Notes: generated from the sequence alone by a model not told the origin. Positions 27,672 through 40,920 are shown, counted from the whole stretch's first letter. The stretch is DNA of 63,713 nucleotides, filler included, from Dugesia japonica (GCA_001938525.1; 6 parts of 6 records of this genome joined end to end with filler, not necessarily neighbours in it), one strand, 5' to 3'. A program made the numbers and translations.

Positions 27672-28449
27672 TATTCAATCCAGCACCGCATTTTAATAAA
27701 ATAATTTAAATTGTAATTTAATCAATGATTAAACTTGGAAAAAAGAAATGATTTAGATGGAAACCCATTTTACTTTTCCCGCTATTTGCGTTTTATTTNN
27801 NNNNNNNNNNNNNNNNNNNNNNNNNNNNNNNNNNNNNNNNNNNNNNNNNNNNNNNNNNNNNNNNNNNNNNNNNNNNNNNNNNNNNNNNNNNNNNNNNNNN
27901 NNNNNNNNNNNNNNNNNNNNNNNNNNNNNNNNNNNNNNNNNNNNNNNNNNNNNNNNNNACAAAAGATATTAAGATAAAATATATTAGGAGCCATGGAAAC
28001 AACAACTTTTCTTAATTCAACGACAAGTGTCTTAAATTAAAATCTAAAAATGTGTGAATTGTTTTTTCAACGATACTTGTTTATTTGCTTTTCCGTCACA
28101 TTAAGAAATCATTCGTAATTGTTTTCTTTTAATGCGCTTTTTGTTAACAATTGGAAATACGGTAAGTGATCTGCAAAATGATAATGTAAAACATTTAAAT
28201 AACATCATAAGAAATGAAGAATTAAGGATTCAAAAAATTAGTGAATTCAGTAAGCCAACACAAGTGAAGACTTTATATAAATGAAAAATGTGAAAGTTGG
28301 TTTTGATCAACACTTGTTAATGCCAAACTTTTAGTTGAAAAAACTGCGGATCTATGATCAATTAAATAAATAATTGATGAAAAATATCGAAATTTTGAGA
28401 TAAGGGTAAAATAACTGGTACAAAAGATTTTTGAAAGCAAAAGATCCTC

Positions 28450-28770
28450 GGTTGAAAAATCTGGAGTTTTATTCTGAATGGATTAAGAAGCAAAAAGTTA
28501 AAAGAATCATTTGCTCTACAACCAAAGTTAAATAACGAAAAGCGTTGAGAGATCTCGACTTCAAATTAGCATTTGTAATCAAAATGAACGTGAAGTCAAC
28601 GGCTTTCCGAGAAAGAATGACTCGGCAGAAGGATATCGTAATGCTTTCAACTCTATTGTCAACATTTCTTATCTAACTGTAGGAAGACTGGCTCCGAAAT
28701 TTCAGCAAAAACAACCTCAACAATTGGCCAGCCACTTGCTAATAAACGGAAAATATATCAACGAATAGAT
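28450..28770 (+). pseudogene. Mutator/MULE-like transposase C-terminal fragment
   Basis: REVNGFPRKNDSAEGYRNAFNSIV resembles the PRTNN..EG.HN motif, preceded by FYSEWI. Confidence 0.4.
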
Positions 28771-29445
28771 GATACCATTAAAACCATCCTCTCTTGTTAC
28801 AATTCAGAGGATGCACTGAAATATTTGAAGAATATTGCTCGTATTTTTAATATTAATAATTGNNNNNNNNNNNNNNNNNNNNNNNNNNNNNNNNNNNNNN
28901 NNNNNNNNNNNNNNNNNNNNNNNNNNNNNNNNNNNNNNNNNNNNNNNNNNNNNNNNNNNNNNNNNNNNNNNNNNNNNNNNNNNNNNNNNNNNNNNNNNNN
29001 NNNNNNNNNNNNNNNNNNNNNNNNNNNNNNTAATGAGAATATCAACGAGCAATCTAACTTCCGATTTTACAAAAATACGATAATGTTCATTAAATCAATT
29101 GCAGTCAACTTTGTATTATTTTTAAAGGTTCTGTAAATCAACTTTTTCAAATAAAAATTTTTACTTTTTCGTCATTTCTTTTAATAATCATTTTTCATAA
29201 TTTTTGAATTGTAAATTATATCGATACTTATAATTTATTTTGTGCGGCCACAGATTATCTCTGAAATCACAATGTAGCCCGCAAAGCAAAACAATTACCT
29301 ATCGCTGTACTTATATATTTTGTCCCAATCCAGCAGCAGATTTTAATCAAATATAAAATAATTTAAAACTGTGATTTAATCAATAANNNNNNNNNNNNNN
29401 NNAAGAAAAAACAAAAATTCAAATTTATATTTTCGTAAAAAAAAA

Positions 29446-30188
29446 TTATCCTTTAATCAACTTCTTAACAGCTTTAATATTCCACAATCCGTCTGAAAGA
29501 TAATGAATATTTTCAATACCGATTCCTTTGTTCTCGGTTAAACTGAATAAATCAATAAAATTAATCAATAATAAATTTTACATTTCCTCAGTGGACATCT
29601 TCATTACTCCGACTGCAACTGCATTTTCTTTACCTTCCGCCATAACAGCTACAACTGATTCTCTCGGTACATCTGTCATCCTAGCTCCAGGAGATGTCAG
29701 TCCTGGACACATGATGTTACTTCCATTTAACACGTGTTTGATTGCTCCACGATCGACCTGCATATATGGCAACATAAACGGGTCTAAAATGTTTTAAATT
29801 TAATTTAATTTTCTTTTATTTTAAAAAATACATTTATGTAAAGTCTTTAATGACGGAAAAAGTGATCCTTCACGTTGCCTGAAAAAGAGAACATCGCCTT
29901 GACTATCGGCATATAATTCGAGATGATCATGACTAATAAATTTAATTAAATAATTTCCAATGGTTAATAATAGACCATTTAACAAGTTTTAATCCATCCT
30001 TTTTTGGAATAATTTGATCAATGTATTTCTCAGAGTGTGGAAATTGTTCAACTAATTTATTTCTTATAGATTTAGTAACTGAATTTTTAGCGTTATTTAT
30101 NNNNNNNNNNNNNNNNNNNNNNNNNNNNNNNNNNAAAAAAACAATTAATATTTACAGAAAATTATGTTGCCAGTTACTTCTTAAACAT
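29446..30188 (-). CDS. MCTS1: MCTS1/Tma20 translation re-initiation factor (PUA domain); exons 30188-30178, (gap)30100-29976, 29932-29832, 29783-29582, 29542-29446
   Basis: Spliced protein MFKK...[17 protein letters not shown]...[17 protein letters not shown]...[53 protein letters not shown]...[41 protein letters not shown]...KG*. All visible introns are GT-AG; the start of exon 2 lies in the N gap. Confidence 0.97.
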
Positions 30189-31852
30189 GTTAAAAATTAA
30201 AATATTATTAAAACAAAGGGATTTTAAATTTCAATATTCACATGACAATTTTGATTTTTAGAGCTTTGTGATAATTGAAACTTTCAAAATGCTTACTTCG
30301 TCGAACTTAATTTGATATAATGATATGCACATTAGGTAAAATCTAATTATTTTACAGAATAAATAATTATCTCATGAAAAAGCATTTTCAGACAAATAAT
30401 TTTATTATGTACATAATAAGAAAATGTCACTATATAAATATTTTAATATTAATTCTTTAGCGATTATAAAGGATTTTTCATTAAATTTTACAAAAAAATG
30501 AAATTATTGCAAAAATTAATATAGGGTAATTTTTCAATGGCGGCATTAAATTTGAAAAAACGTTAAATGTATAAAATTTTGAAAAACAGTGACTGTTCGT
30601 ATTATTTGCAATATTCTACTTTTTTAATATATTTTCCACGTTTATATTTTAAATTCTATCAAATAGAATTATTCAACCCAAAATGCACTTCGCATTTTAA
30701 AAATATATTATTCGCATGATAAAAATCTATAATTAAATAAAACACAAGATCGGTATGCCTATAATGGCGTTTAAATCAAATATTTCGAATTATGAAGATT
30801 AATTATACATAATAAAATANNNNNNNNNNNNNNNNNNNNNNNNNNNNNNNNNNNNNNNNNNNNNNNNNNCAAAACTTTGGAAAACATTCTTAATTCTTAT
30901 AAATAATCAATAGTTCATTTATTAATGTACTCAACAAATTTATTCATACATATCTAATACATATTTACTAATTTAGTGCACGAATCATTTCATTTAGAAC
31001 ATTGACGCAATATTGTGGAATATTTTTAGTGCTAGGAGGTGAATTAAATTGCAGATTAAATTTTCCACGCAAATGAATTTCAAACAGATTGCGTCATTCT
31101 GTAAACATATAGAAAGGTAACGTACACAAAACAGGTTTAGTAATCATTGATAAGATTCACAAACTAAACAAATGCTATTTGAGGATAGACCAATTAAAAT
31201 TTTAAAACAATTTTTCATATAGTGTATGCAATAACTTTGATTTTTATTTAATTAAAATAAGATAAGGCTTCGATCAAAACAAAACAAAATTTATTTGTAA
31301 AAAAAGTTCAAATTTTCGANNNNNNNNNNNNNNNNNNNNNNNNNNNNNNNNNNNNNNNNNNNNTTAATTAATTAANNNNNNNNNNNNNNNNNNNNNNNNN
31401 NNNNNNNNNNNNNNNNNNNAACCATATCAATTATTTCATCATCAATAAAGACCTAATTTGGCTGTGCATCAATCAGTTTCTCGGTAATAATATTATCATT
31501 TGGTTGAGTATTGTTAACCTCTCTCTTTAAAGTTGCATCTATTTCAACAATTTCAATTGGTTTTCATCTATCTCTACATCACTTTCTGGAAAATCATCTA
31601 CTATTAAATAATTATTTAGATTAATATTAGTTATTATTACCTTGAACCGATGAAGTNNNNNNNNNNNNNNNNNNNNNNNNNNNNNNNNNNNNNNNNNNNN
31701 NNNNNNNNNNNNNNNNNNNNNNNNNNNNNGTATTTATGATGCACACATGGATTAATATGTATAAATTTGAATATTCCCCCGGGAACCTTTAATATTATGT
31801 GTAAGTAGTAATATAACACTGTATATTCACTCAAGTAAAGTACAGTAAGCAA

Positions 31853-32065
31853 ATGTCACATGTTACATGTTTTATGCAACATGTAAAAAACGTTACATGT
31901 TACATATTTTATGACAAACGTTGCATCTCACATGTTACATGTTTTATGACAAACATCGCATGTCAAATGTCAAAATGTTTTATGTCACATGTTTTATGTC
32001 AAATGTCAAATGTTTTTATGTGACATGTTTTATGTCACATGTAGCATTTTACATGTTACACAAAA
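31853..32065 (+). repeat. TGTCACATGTTACATGTTTTA minisatellite upstream of pPolB
   Basis: Many tandem variants of tgtcac/atgttac/atgtttta. Confidence 0.85.
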
Positions 32066-32109
32066 CATATAAAATAAAAAATAAAAACATTAAATTAATC
32101 CTTTATAAA

Positions 32110-35100
32110 ATGGCATCCTTTATTTGTACTAATTTTAATAAATCATTTAAAACACAAAGTGGATTAAATACACATATAAAAGCAAAAACATGTCATGTTG
32201 TACTTTATGAAAATTATATAAAATGCGGCGTTTGCCATAGAGCATTTAAAACTGAATATGGTTTAAATCAACATTTAAGTAAAACACCATGTGGTAATGT
32301 TATTCCACCAAATGAAGGAATAGTTAATGAAGTTAATGTAGAAGAAATTAAAGATTTATTTAATAAAAATACATATCCTGATTATTATATAAGAATAGTA
32401 AGTAATACTTGTTTACTAATGAAAAGAGATATTGAATATTGTAAATTTAAAACACTATTATTTTTCGCATATGAATTTGAAAAAATAGTATCTGACTTTT
32501 TTAAAATGGGTTTCGCTTTTAAAATGAAAATTAATGTTAAATCACATTATAGAAAAGAAGGAAATGAAGGTGAATTGTATTCTTATTGTAAAGCTAGAAT
32601 GTTTTATACTAGAAATGGACATATAGAAACAATAAATGAGATGATAGAAGAAATTCAAAATTATATAGAAGAAAAAGAAAGAAAAGAATCAAATTGGAAT
32701 CCAGATTATATAATGATTTATACAATAGAACTAGAAAAATTTATATCAGTAATTGGCGGCAATAGCACCTATTGTGATTTGCCTTTTCAAAAATATGGAA
32801 TTATTAATTTAAAAAATAATGATTTTAAATGTTTACTTTATTCATTTCTAGCACACAAATATGTTTTAATAAATGCAACACGTGTAAATAATTATATTCC
32901 ATACTTGTCAGAATTAAATATAACAAGAATGAAGTTTCCATCAGGAATTGAAGATATAAAGAAATTTGAAAAATTAAATTATTGGAAAATAAATGATTTT
33001 GAATTAGATGAAAAATCTAAAATCATACCAATTCGCATTTCACATTTTAATGTAAAACCAGATCCTAGAGAAAATATATGTAATGTGTTAATTTATAGAA
33101 GTCATTATGTCTTAGTTAGAAATTTTGAAGTTTTATTTAATGTGTAGAGGTTATCATTTATGTCTTGGATGTATGAATCAATATTCAAGTAAAGAAGGTT
33201 TAGTAAAACATCAACAAAAATGTATTCATCATAAATCAACAGATGTAACATTTCAAAAAGATGAATATTTTGAATTTAAAAAAAAATACTTTATAAATAA
33301 AATTCCATTTGTAATATATGGAGATTTTGAGTCTTACACAAAAGAAAATAAATCTCAAAAAGCATTAAGTTTAGGTGTTTATTTTAAAAGTGATTACCCA
33401 GATTTAATGACAAGCAAATATTATGAATTTACAGGTGAAACTGTTATTGATGATTTTATAAAGTTTCTTGAAGATATTAATAAAAGATTTAGAGATGTTA
33501 TTTTAATTAAGTTAGAAATAGAATGTGCATCAACAGATATTCCAGAATTTATACCAAATCAATTATGTAGATATTGCGATTATCCAATCATAGAAAATCC
33601 AGTTAAAGATAACAATTATTTTAATGGTGAATTTCGTGGTTACACACACTCAAATTGCAATCTTCAAGATAGAAGTAAAAGAAATTTATTTATTCCATTT
33701 TACTTTCATAACGCAATGGGTTATGACAATCATTTATTCTTTAAACAACTTTTAAGAAAACATCCAAATGATTTACATAAAATAATTCCACATTCAGATG
33801 ATCAATATATTTCGTTTCAATATAAAAATATAAGATTTCTTGATTCCTATAGATTATGTCCAACTACAGTTGAGAAAATGGGAAATACACTAATTGAATC
33901 AAAAGATCATGAAATAATAAATTCATTCAATTTAATACCAAAGAAAGGTTATTTTCCTTATGATTATATAAAAGCAGAAAATATCACTGAAGTTACAAAC
34001 TTATTAAAATCAAATAGAATACCTACACATGAAGAATTTTATAGTGTACTAAAACAAAAAGGAATAACATTTCTAGAATATAAAATATTTTTAAAAGAAT
34101 ATTTTAAATTAGGAAATATGTGGGATTACATGTTATATTACATGAAGTTAGATGTTTTAATTCTAGCTGATTATGTAGAAAACTTTAGAAAGATTTGTTT
34201 AAACTTTTATAAAATTGATCCATGTTATTGTTAAACATCACCAGGTTTAACATGGGTAGCTGGAATGAGATTTACAAAACAAAAATTAAAATATGCTAAA
34301 CAAGAAACTTATGATACATTCTTAAATTTTGAACGTGGAGTTAGAGGTGGTTATTTTGGTGAAGAAGGTGAACGTCAAGTATTTAGTCAAGATAATAGTA
34401 AACATCCTCATTATAAACAAATAAATAAAGCACAGTTTGAAGATTTAATAGAAATTATGAATTCAGGTAAAGAAATACCAAAAGAATATTTTGAAGATAC
34501 TTTTATAAAATATCTTGATGCAAATTCACTTTATTCAAGTTGCATGACAAAACCATTACCAACAGGTGAAATCTATGAGTGTAATAATTTAGAATATGAA
34601 AAAACAACATCAGAAATGAATTATTTATATGAAGTCAACTTAGAATACCCACCTGAAATACATGATAGAACTAAATATTTTCCACTTGCACCCGACAGAT
34701 TACTTATTACTGATGATATGTTAAGCAATTATCAAAAATCTTTTAGAAGAAAATTAAGAAATAAAAATATCAAACTTACTATGAACCAATTAGATAAAGA
34801 AAATTATGTAGTACTTGGTTCTACATTAGATTTATATTTATCACAAGGTATGAAATTAACAAAGATTCATACTAAATATAAAATGCCAACAATACCATGG
34901 TTAAAAGATTATATACTTTTTAATATTGAACAAAGAACTATAGCAAAAAGAAATCATGATGAATTTGGTGTTTATTTCTTTAAATTAATGAACAATTCAT
35001 TTTATGGCAAAACACTCGAAAATATTAGGAATAGAAGTAATGTTATAATTGCAGGAACAGATAAAGAATTACAAAAGTTAGTAGCTAAACCAAATTATAT

Positions 35101-35798
35101 TGGTGTTAAGATTTTTCTATTAGATGATGAAATTGTTACTACTATGTGTGCAGTTCACATGACAAAAACTAATTTAAAATATGATAAGTTTCCATATTTA
35201 GGATTTACAATTCTAGAATATGTGAAAGAGGTAATGTACAATTTTGTATATAATCAATTAGAACATGAGGTTGGACAAGAGAATTATAAAATTCATTATT
35301 CGGACACGGATTCCGTATTTGTTGAAATAATTGGAAAAGATAATTTGGAAAAAGTAAAAAGATTAACTGGCAATGAATTATTTCAGATGAAGGATGAAAT
35401 GCCTAATTCTGAAATACTTCAATGTAATTTTATAAAACCAAAATCTTATGCATATGAATATCAAGAAGTAGACATAGCAAGTGAAAATATTAAATTAAAT
35501 AAAAAGCATAAAGGTGTACAATCTTTTAATCCACTTGGAATGGAAGAATTTGATGCTGTTTTAGAAGATCCAAAGAAAATAATTTATGGCACAAATTATT
35601 CACTAAAATCTATTTTACACGATGTAAAATTAACAAATCAAACGAAGATTGCATTAACAGGGTTTTAGTGATAAAAGAATTATAGAAAATAATGCAACTA
35701 GAACTTGACCACATGGCAATAAATATTATTGTGAAGTGTGTAACATGTGGCATTTAAGATTAGACAAGATAAATAATTCATTTCAATGTAACTCTTAA
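32110..35798 (+). pseudogene. Protein-primed family B DNA polymerase (pPolB) with N-terminal zinc fingers and an endonuclease VII-like insert
   Basis: C2H2-like fingers (CGVCHRAFKTEYGLNQHL), IYGDFES (Exo I), GEFRGYTHSNCNL, FHNAMGYDNH (Exo II), RFLDS, KGYFPY, YMKLDVLILAD (Exo III), YLDANSLY, KLMNNSFYGK, YSDTDS, KPKSY, KHKG, DKR..T.PHG. Frameshifts near 33140 and 35665; stops at 34232 and 35706. Confidence 0.95.
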
Positions 35799-35815
35799 TT
35801 TTTTATCTTAAGAAA

Positions 35816-36304
35816 ATGTCAGAAAATAAAACAGAAGAAGAATTAATAAAAATAGTAAATTCTAAACAATGTAAATCTGTAAAGATAAATGGTAAAAATT
35901 ATTATATCAGTAAGAAAGTTAAAGATGAACTTATGAAAAAACAGCATGAAGGTGGATTTGCATTTTTAGCTGCCATTCCAGCAATTATTGCAGGTTTAGC
36001 TGGACCTGCAGGTATTGCATCTGGTATTGCATCTACAGTTGCAAGTTCAAAAGAAGCAATAAAACATCAAAAAGAAATTGATAATATGGGTAATGGTTTA
36101 TATTTAGCACCATATAAAGGCAATGATTTTAATCCATATCAAGGAAATGGTTTATATTTAAATCCGTGGCAGGGTAATGCAATACATAAATATTTTAAAA
36201 ATATCTATCCTAACATAAAAGATGTAACAAAAAACTTTAAAGATGGAATTGAAATAATAAAACAAGGAAATGGAATATTTTTAGCTCCATATAGAGAAGA
36301 CTAA
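35816..36304 (+). CDS. Polinton virion protein with a GG-F cleavage site and Ala/Gly-rich hydrophobic helix (putative membrane-penetration protein)
   Basis: QHEGG|FAFLAAIPAIIAGLAGPAGIASGIASTVASSK, then repeated GNG(L/I)(Y/F)L.P(Y/W) motifs; intact ORF. Confidence 0.65.
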   Translation: MSENKTEEELIKIVNSKQCKSVKINGKNYYISKKVKDELMKKQHEGGFAFLAAIPAIIAGLAGPAGIASGIASTVASSKEAIKHQKEIDNMGNGLYLAPYKGNDFNPYQGNGLYLNPWQGNAIHKYFKNIYPNIKDVTKNFKDGIEIIKQGNGIFLAPYRED

Positions 36305-36335
36305 AATAATACTATATAAAATAGCTTACGGACAA

Positions 36336-37415
36336 ATGAATACACAACAAGTTAATAATAGAATTCAAGAGTTAAAAGATTTAATTAAAGCCCAAAAGAA
36401 ATATAATGATTTTTTCTGTGGAAATGTTATTGAATCAAGAGAATTACAAAGTACTTTATCTGTTTTACAACAACCAACAATTTCAGAAATAAAAAGTCAA
36501 ATTAATAAAAGTCAAACAACAGAGAAAATACCAATAGAAGATGAAATAATAGAGGATAAAAAAGTAGATTTATTCACGAAAGATGTTATTACTAACATGT
36601 TAATGTCTAAAGATGTAAATCCATTTACACCAAGTAATTTAACAGTTAATAGTGATATACTATCACAAAAATTAATTCCAATAATTGATGAAANNNNNNN
36701 NNNNNNNNNNNNNNNNNNNNNNNNNNNNNNNNNNNNNNNNNNNNNNNNNNNNNNNNNNNNNNNNNNNNNNNNNNNNNNNNNCATTTATCAATAAATAATT
36801 CAATTTATGAAGATGAATATGAAGATGGATTTGTTGATGTGATGATGGGCAATTTTAGTACTACTACTAACCATTTAAATACTTCTATGATGAAGTTTAT
36901 AGAAAAATATTTAACAGAAATAATAAAACCTCCCGCAAGACATGGTTATTGTAATTTTTTAAAAGGAGTACTTGATATAAAAAGTAAACCAACTACAATA
37001 CCAGAACAACCTAAAACAGTTAAAAAAGAAGAAGAAAAACGTAAACCTAAAAAAGTTAAAAAACCAGTTAAAGAAGAAGAAAAACCTAAAACAGTTAAAA
37101 AAGAAGAAGAACAACCTAAAACAATTAAAAAAGAAGAACAACCTAAACCTGTTAAAAAAAGAAGAAGAACAACCCAAACCTGAAAAAGAAGAAGAACAAC
37201 CTAAACCTGAAAAAGAAGGACAGGCACTTAAATTAAAAATGGGTCCCTCTGGGCCTCTAGCATTATTTGAAAAGTTAACACTTTTAATTTCAGCTGCGGA
37301 ATCTGGACATAACAATGTTGATGAAGAAATAAAAAAGGTATGTAAAAAATTAAAGATGATGGGTTTAATATCTAATAAGATTTATGATAAATATAAAACC
37401 AAATATTTCTCGTGA
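36336..37415 (+). pseudogene. Polinton conserved hypothetical protein with KKEEE(Q/K)PK repeats
   Basis: ORF broken by a gap and a frameshift near 37160; ends LFEKLTLLISAAESGHNNVDEEIKKV, similar to the L.LL.....AGN....EI motif seen in Polinton proteins. Confidence 0.55.
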
Positions 37416-37481
37416 AATATTTTACATGTTACATTTTAACACTCTTCGTGGCTATATTTATTTCATAGAAAATAGCAAAGC

Positions 37482-38162
37482 ATGAGTCATCAATTCTTAG
37501 TTGTTGGTAAAGACCAAGATTTAATTATTGATTTAAAATTTCCTATAGAATTAGATTCAGAATATGAACTTGGATTGTTATGTTTTTCATGTTACAATAT
37601 TACTTTTAATGTAACAAATAAAAATAATAAATATACTGTTGATAGTGTTGAATATAAACTTGAACCCGGATAATATGAAGTAAAAAAAATATCTGACAAA
37701 TTAAAAAAGAAACATGAAATAGAAGTTCAAGCCGATACAGCAACTGTAAAATGTATCTTGAATACAAAAAAGATATTAACATTTAATGAGAATTCTTTCT
37801 TTCATGGAATGTTAGGTTTCATCGCAAAAACTTATCACCATGGAGAATATTTATCAGAAAATAAAGTTGACATTTCAAATATTAACACAATAAGCATAAC
37901 ATGCAACATTGTTAAAGGTAATTATGTAAAATCTAAAACAGGTGAAACAGAACAAATAAATTTATTATATTCATTTCCTATTAATACAGTTGGCTTAGGC
38001 TATAAAATACTAGAAAGACCTAAAACAATAATTTATTCTAAAATTAATACAAATTATATTTCAAGATTAAAATTAAATGTAGTAGATGAACATTTTAAAA
38101 CAATAGATTTTAACCAAGAGACAATTACTGTTTTAGTTCATTTACGTAAATATAGACTTTAA
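37482..38162 (+). pseudogene. Minor capsid protein (penton)
   Basis: FPIELDSEYELGLLCFSCYN...NVTNKNN...LEPG*YEV and INTISITCNIVKGNY...LYSFP...GYKILERP..IIYSKIN...LNVVDEH..IDFNQETITVLVHLR; the two ORFs share a frame with one stop at 37671. Confidence 0.85.
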
Positions 38163-38255
38163 AATTTAATGTCACATTTAACATGTTACACTTTACACAA
38201 AACATTTTACATCTTTACATTTTACATTTAATAAATAGCAAAGCAAACAAAGTGC

Positions 38256-38677
38256 ATGAATTATTGTTTATTAGACTTTTTAAAAACATTTGGAATCTCT
38301 ACAACTACAAATTTTGATTTATATTCAATTGCTGACTTTTTAGAATTACCTCTTGAGATTTATATGAAGATTGAATGAAATACCTAAAGAGCTAACTGGT
38401 AATATTATTTTTAATTATCAAAATTCAAATCAAAATGGAACACATTGGACATGTTACACAAAAGGTTATTACTTTGATTCTTTTGGTTTAAAACCTTTAG
38501 ATGAAATAGTGAAACATGTAAAAGTTTATAATGATTTTTCAAGTTCAACATTTTGGTACTAACATTTGTGGTGTATTATGCATTTATTTTTTATATAAGA
38601 TCGAACGAAGTGAGTTCACTGATATTATATCTGAAATGTTAACACTTTATNATTCACTATTAGAAAAAGATGAATAA
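38256..38677 (+). pseudogene. Adenain-like (C5/Ulp1-fold) cysteine maturation protease
   Basis: GTHWTC (His), YFDSFG (Asp), QVQ..GTNICGVLCIYFL (Gln/Cys); two frameshifts (about 38370 and 38538). Confidence 0.88.
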
Positions 38678-40919
38678 ATTTGGTGAAAGTATATTAAATT
38701 TAAATACAACAGAAGTATTAAAAAAGATGGATGCTAAACTTAAAATGGCAGATGCTTATAATGAAAATAAATTTGTAAATAAAGCAGGTGACACAATAAC
38801 ATGTTTAAAAATAATAGAAGATCCTATAGATCTCTCTGATGCTGTTAATTTAAAATATGTAAAACAATTAGAAGATAAAATACAATCTCATGAATTAGTT
38901 TTTACAAAACATTTAAAGGTAGATAAAGCTGAAATCAACAAAGTTTATTTACAATATAAAGCTGAACGTTTAAATAATCCAGCTTTGAATGATAAAATTA
39001 AAAATCTAACAAATAAATGTTCACAAACAAAATATTATAATATTATTAGTGAAATTGAAAGATTGTTGATAGAAGTGCTTCCTTTTAAAAAAAGTGATTT
39101 ACTTGTCAAGTTTAAAGAAATAGAGCGTGGTGATTTAAATAAAAAACTTACAAATGATGTTGAGATGTTACATGTTACACTTTACAAATTACATGATAAC
39201 ATAAATAAGAAAACATTTAATCAACATTTAAGTAATATTAATTTACTTAAATCTAACAGTAAAATTTTTTTACTTAAAACTTCACATATAAGAAAAGAAG
39301 TTGAAACAATAAGACCAAAACTTCACCCAAAACATATTAAAAGATTTAATGATACATATGAAACCTATAAAGAAACACTTAATGATAAAAATTTAAAAGA
39401 ACTAATTGATAATTATTTGCTTCATAAATTTAATGAAAGTATTTATAAAATATTATTAATTAAATCTAATGATAATAATCTTCCAGAATTTTCTATTATT
39501 GATAAATATATTTATAATTTAGATTTTAAAAGAAAAGGAAAAGATATTTATTGTATTTATTTACATACAACATTAAATGAAGAAGTTACGATAAAAATAT
39601 CTGGATCATCTGAAGTTCAAAGTTATTATTATATAATTAAAATTAATACTATAACAAAGATATTTGTTCACGAGAAAAAAGAAGATAATAAAATAAATGT
39701 TTTTCGTGATAGTTCTGAATTCACCACACCGCCCACAGGAAAAATAAGTTATATTGAAATTATTTTATCAGATAAATTTAACTTGTATGAATTAAGTATT
39801 AACTTATTTAAATTTGATATTCTTGATAGGTTAACTAAAGAATTTGAAAAGATAAAAGAAAAACTTCACCCAAAACATCTTAACATGTTTAATGTTTTAT
39901 TTAAAAGTTATAAAGAAAAACTTACACCTATAGCATTAAAACCTTTAAGAGAAATGTTTGATAATTATTTAATTTATATTAAAAGACCTCCCGACGGACA
40001 AATAATATTTTCAATTGTGCGTGGCGAATTTAGTTATATGGAGAAATATGTAAATGATTTTGATTTTAAACGAAAAGGTAAACATATTGTTTTACATATG
40101 AATATTAAAAGAAAACTTACTATAACTATATATGGTCATTCGACATTAGAAAAATTTACATATGCGGTTAATTTTAATCGTTTAGGTGTATCATTTTTAT
40201 TTATTCCCCAAAACAATACATTTAACATTTACAGAAAAAGCACTGAAAACACAAAAGATAAAATTATAAAATATATTGAAATACTTTTTCCAGAAGATGT
40301 TAACATAATTAATTTAATCATTAAAATTATTACATTTAAACTTCCAGATGTAATAAATAAAGAATATGAAAGAATAAAACCAGATCTTGGAAGATTACAA
40401 TTAAATAGAATAGAAAAATTAATAAAAGAATATGAAGAAAGTGGTGAAGAGTTGCCATTTAAAAGTATAAAAGATTTAATTGATAATTATTTACCATTTA
40501 AACATGATACATTTTCTGAACCACCAATATTTTTTCTTAAAGTAGATAAAACATATAATCTTCCTTATTATTTTATTTATGGAAAAGTAGAAAGAATAGA
40601 TTTTAAAAGAAAAGGTAAAATAATAATAAAGGATGAATTGGTATTTACACATTTTTTTTATCTTGAAGAACCATTTATTGTTTCAATAAAGACATATTTA
40701 CCTTTTAATTTAAAAAAAATTAGTGTTGATGGTTATTCTGAGAATAAAAAATTTAAATTCCCTATTAAATATAATAACAACATAATATCACACAATGTGA
40801 CTAATAACCGTTTCAGCTCTAATATTTTTTACTTTTCTGAAGAGTATAATGTTAATATAAACTTTATTGAAATAACTTTACCAAAAAGAATTTCTATTAA
40901 TCATATTTTAATTGAATAA
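38670..40919 (+). CDS. 749-aa putative fibre/attachment protein with three internal repeats
   Basis: Intact ORF; N-terminal FVNKAGDT...DPIDLSDAVNLKYV fibre-like motif; three repeats each containing DNYL, DFKRKGK and I.(Y/F)IEI. Confidence 0.6.
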   Translation: MNKFGESILNLNTTEVLKKMDAKLKMADAYNENKFVNKAGDTITCLKIIEDPIDLSDAVNLKYVKQLEDKIQSHELVFTKHLKVDKAEINKVYLQYKAERLNNPALNDKIKNLTNKCSQTKYYNIISEIERLLIEVLPFKKSDLLVKFKEIERGDLNKKLTNDVEMLHVTLYKLHDNINKKTFNQHLSNINLLKSNSKIFLLKTSHIRKEVETIRPKLHPKHIKRFNDTYETYKETLNDKNLKELIDNYLLHKFNESIYKILLIKSNDNNLPEFSIIDKYIYNLDFKRKGKDIYCIYLHTTLNEEVTIKISGSSEVQSYYYIIKINTITKIFVHEKKEDNKINVFRDSSEFTTPPTGKISYIEIILSDKFNLYELSINLFKFDILDRLTKEFEKIKEKLHPKHLNMFNVLFKSYKEKLTPIALKPLREMFDNYLIYIKRPPDGQIIFSIVRGEFSYMEKYVNDFDFKRKGKHIVLHMNIKRKLTITIYGHSTLEKFTYAVNFNRLGVSFLFIPQNNTFNIYRKSTENTKDKIIKYIEILFPEDVNIINLIIKIITFKLPDVINKEYERIKPDLGRLQLNRIEKLIKEYEESGEELPFKSIKDLIDNYLPFKHDTFSEPPIFFLKVDKTYNLPYYFIYGKVERIDFKRKGKIIIKDELVFTHFFYLEEPFIVSIKTYLPFNLKKISVDGYSENKKFKFPIKYNNNIISHNVTNNRFSSNIFYFSEEYNVNINFIEITLPKRISINHILIE

Positions 40920-40920
40920 A

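Noticed and set aside
27735-29136. Multiple ORF-track entries
   Set aside because: Open only because of N runs.
31921-32109. N-terminal extension of the pPolB ORF
   Set aside because: Translation of the minisatellite; the ATG at 32110 in TATAAAATGG is the likelier start.
36959-37315. Phe-rich minus-strand ORF (likewise 41806-42166)
   Set aside because: Antisense shadow of Lys/Glu repeats.
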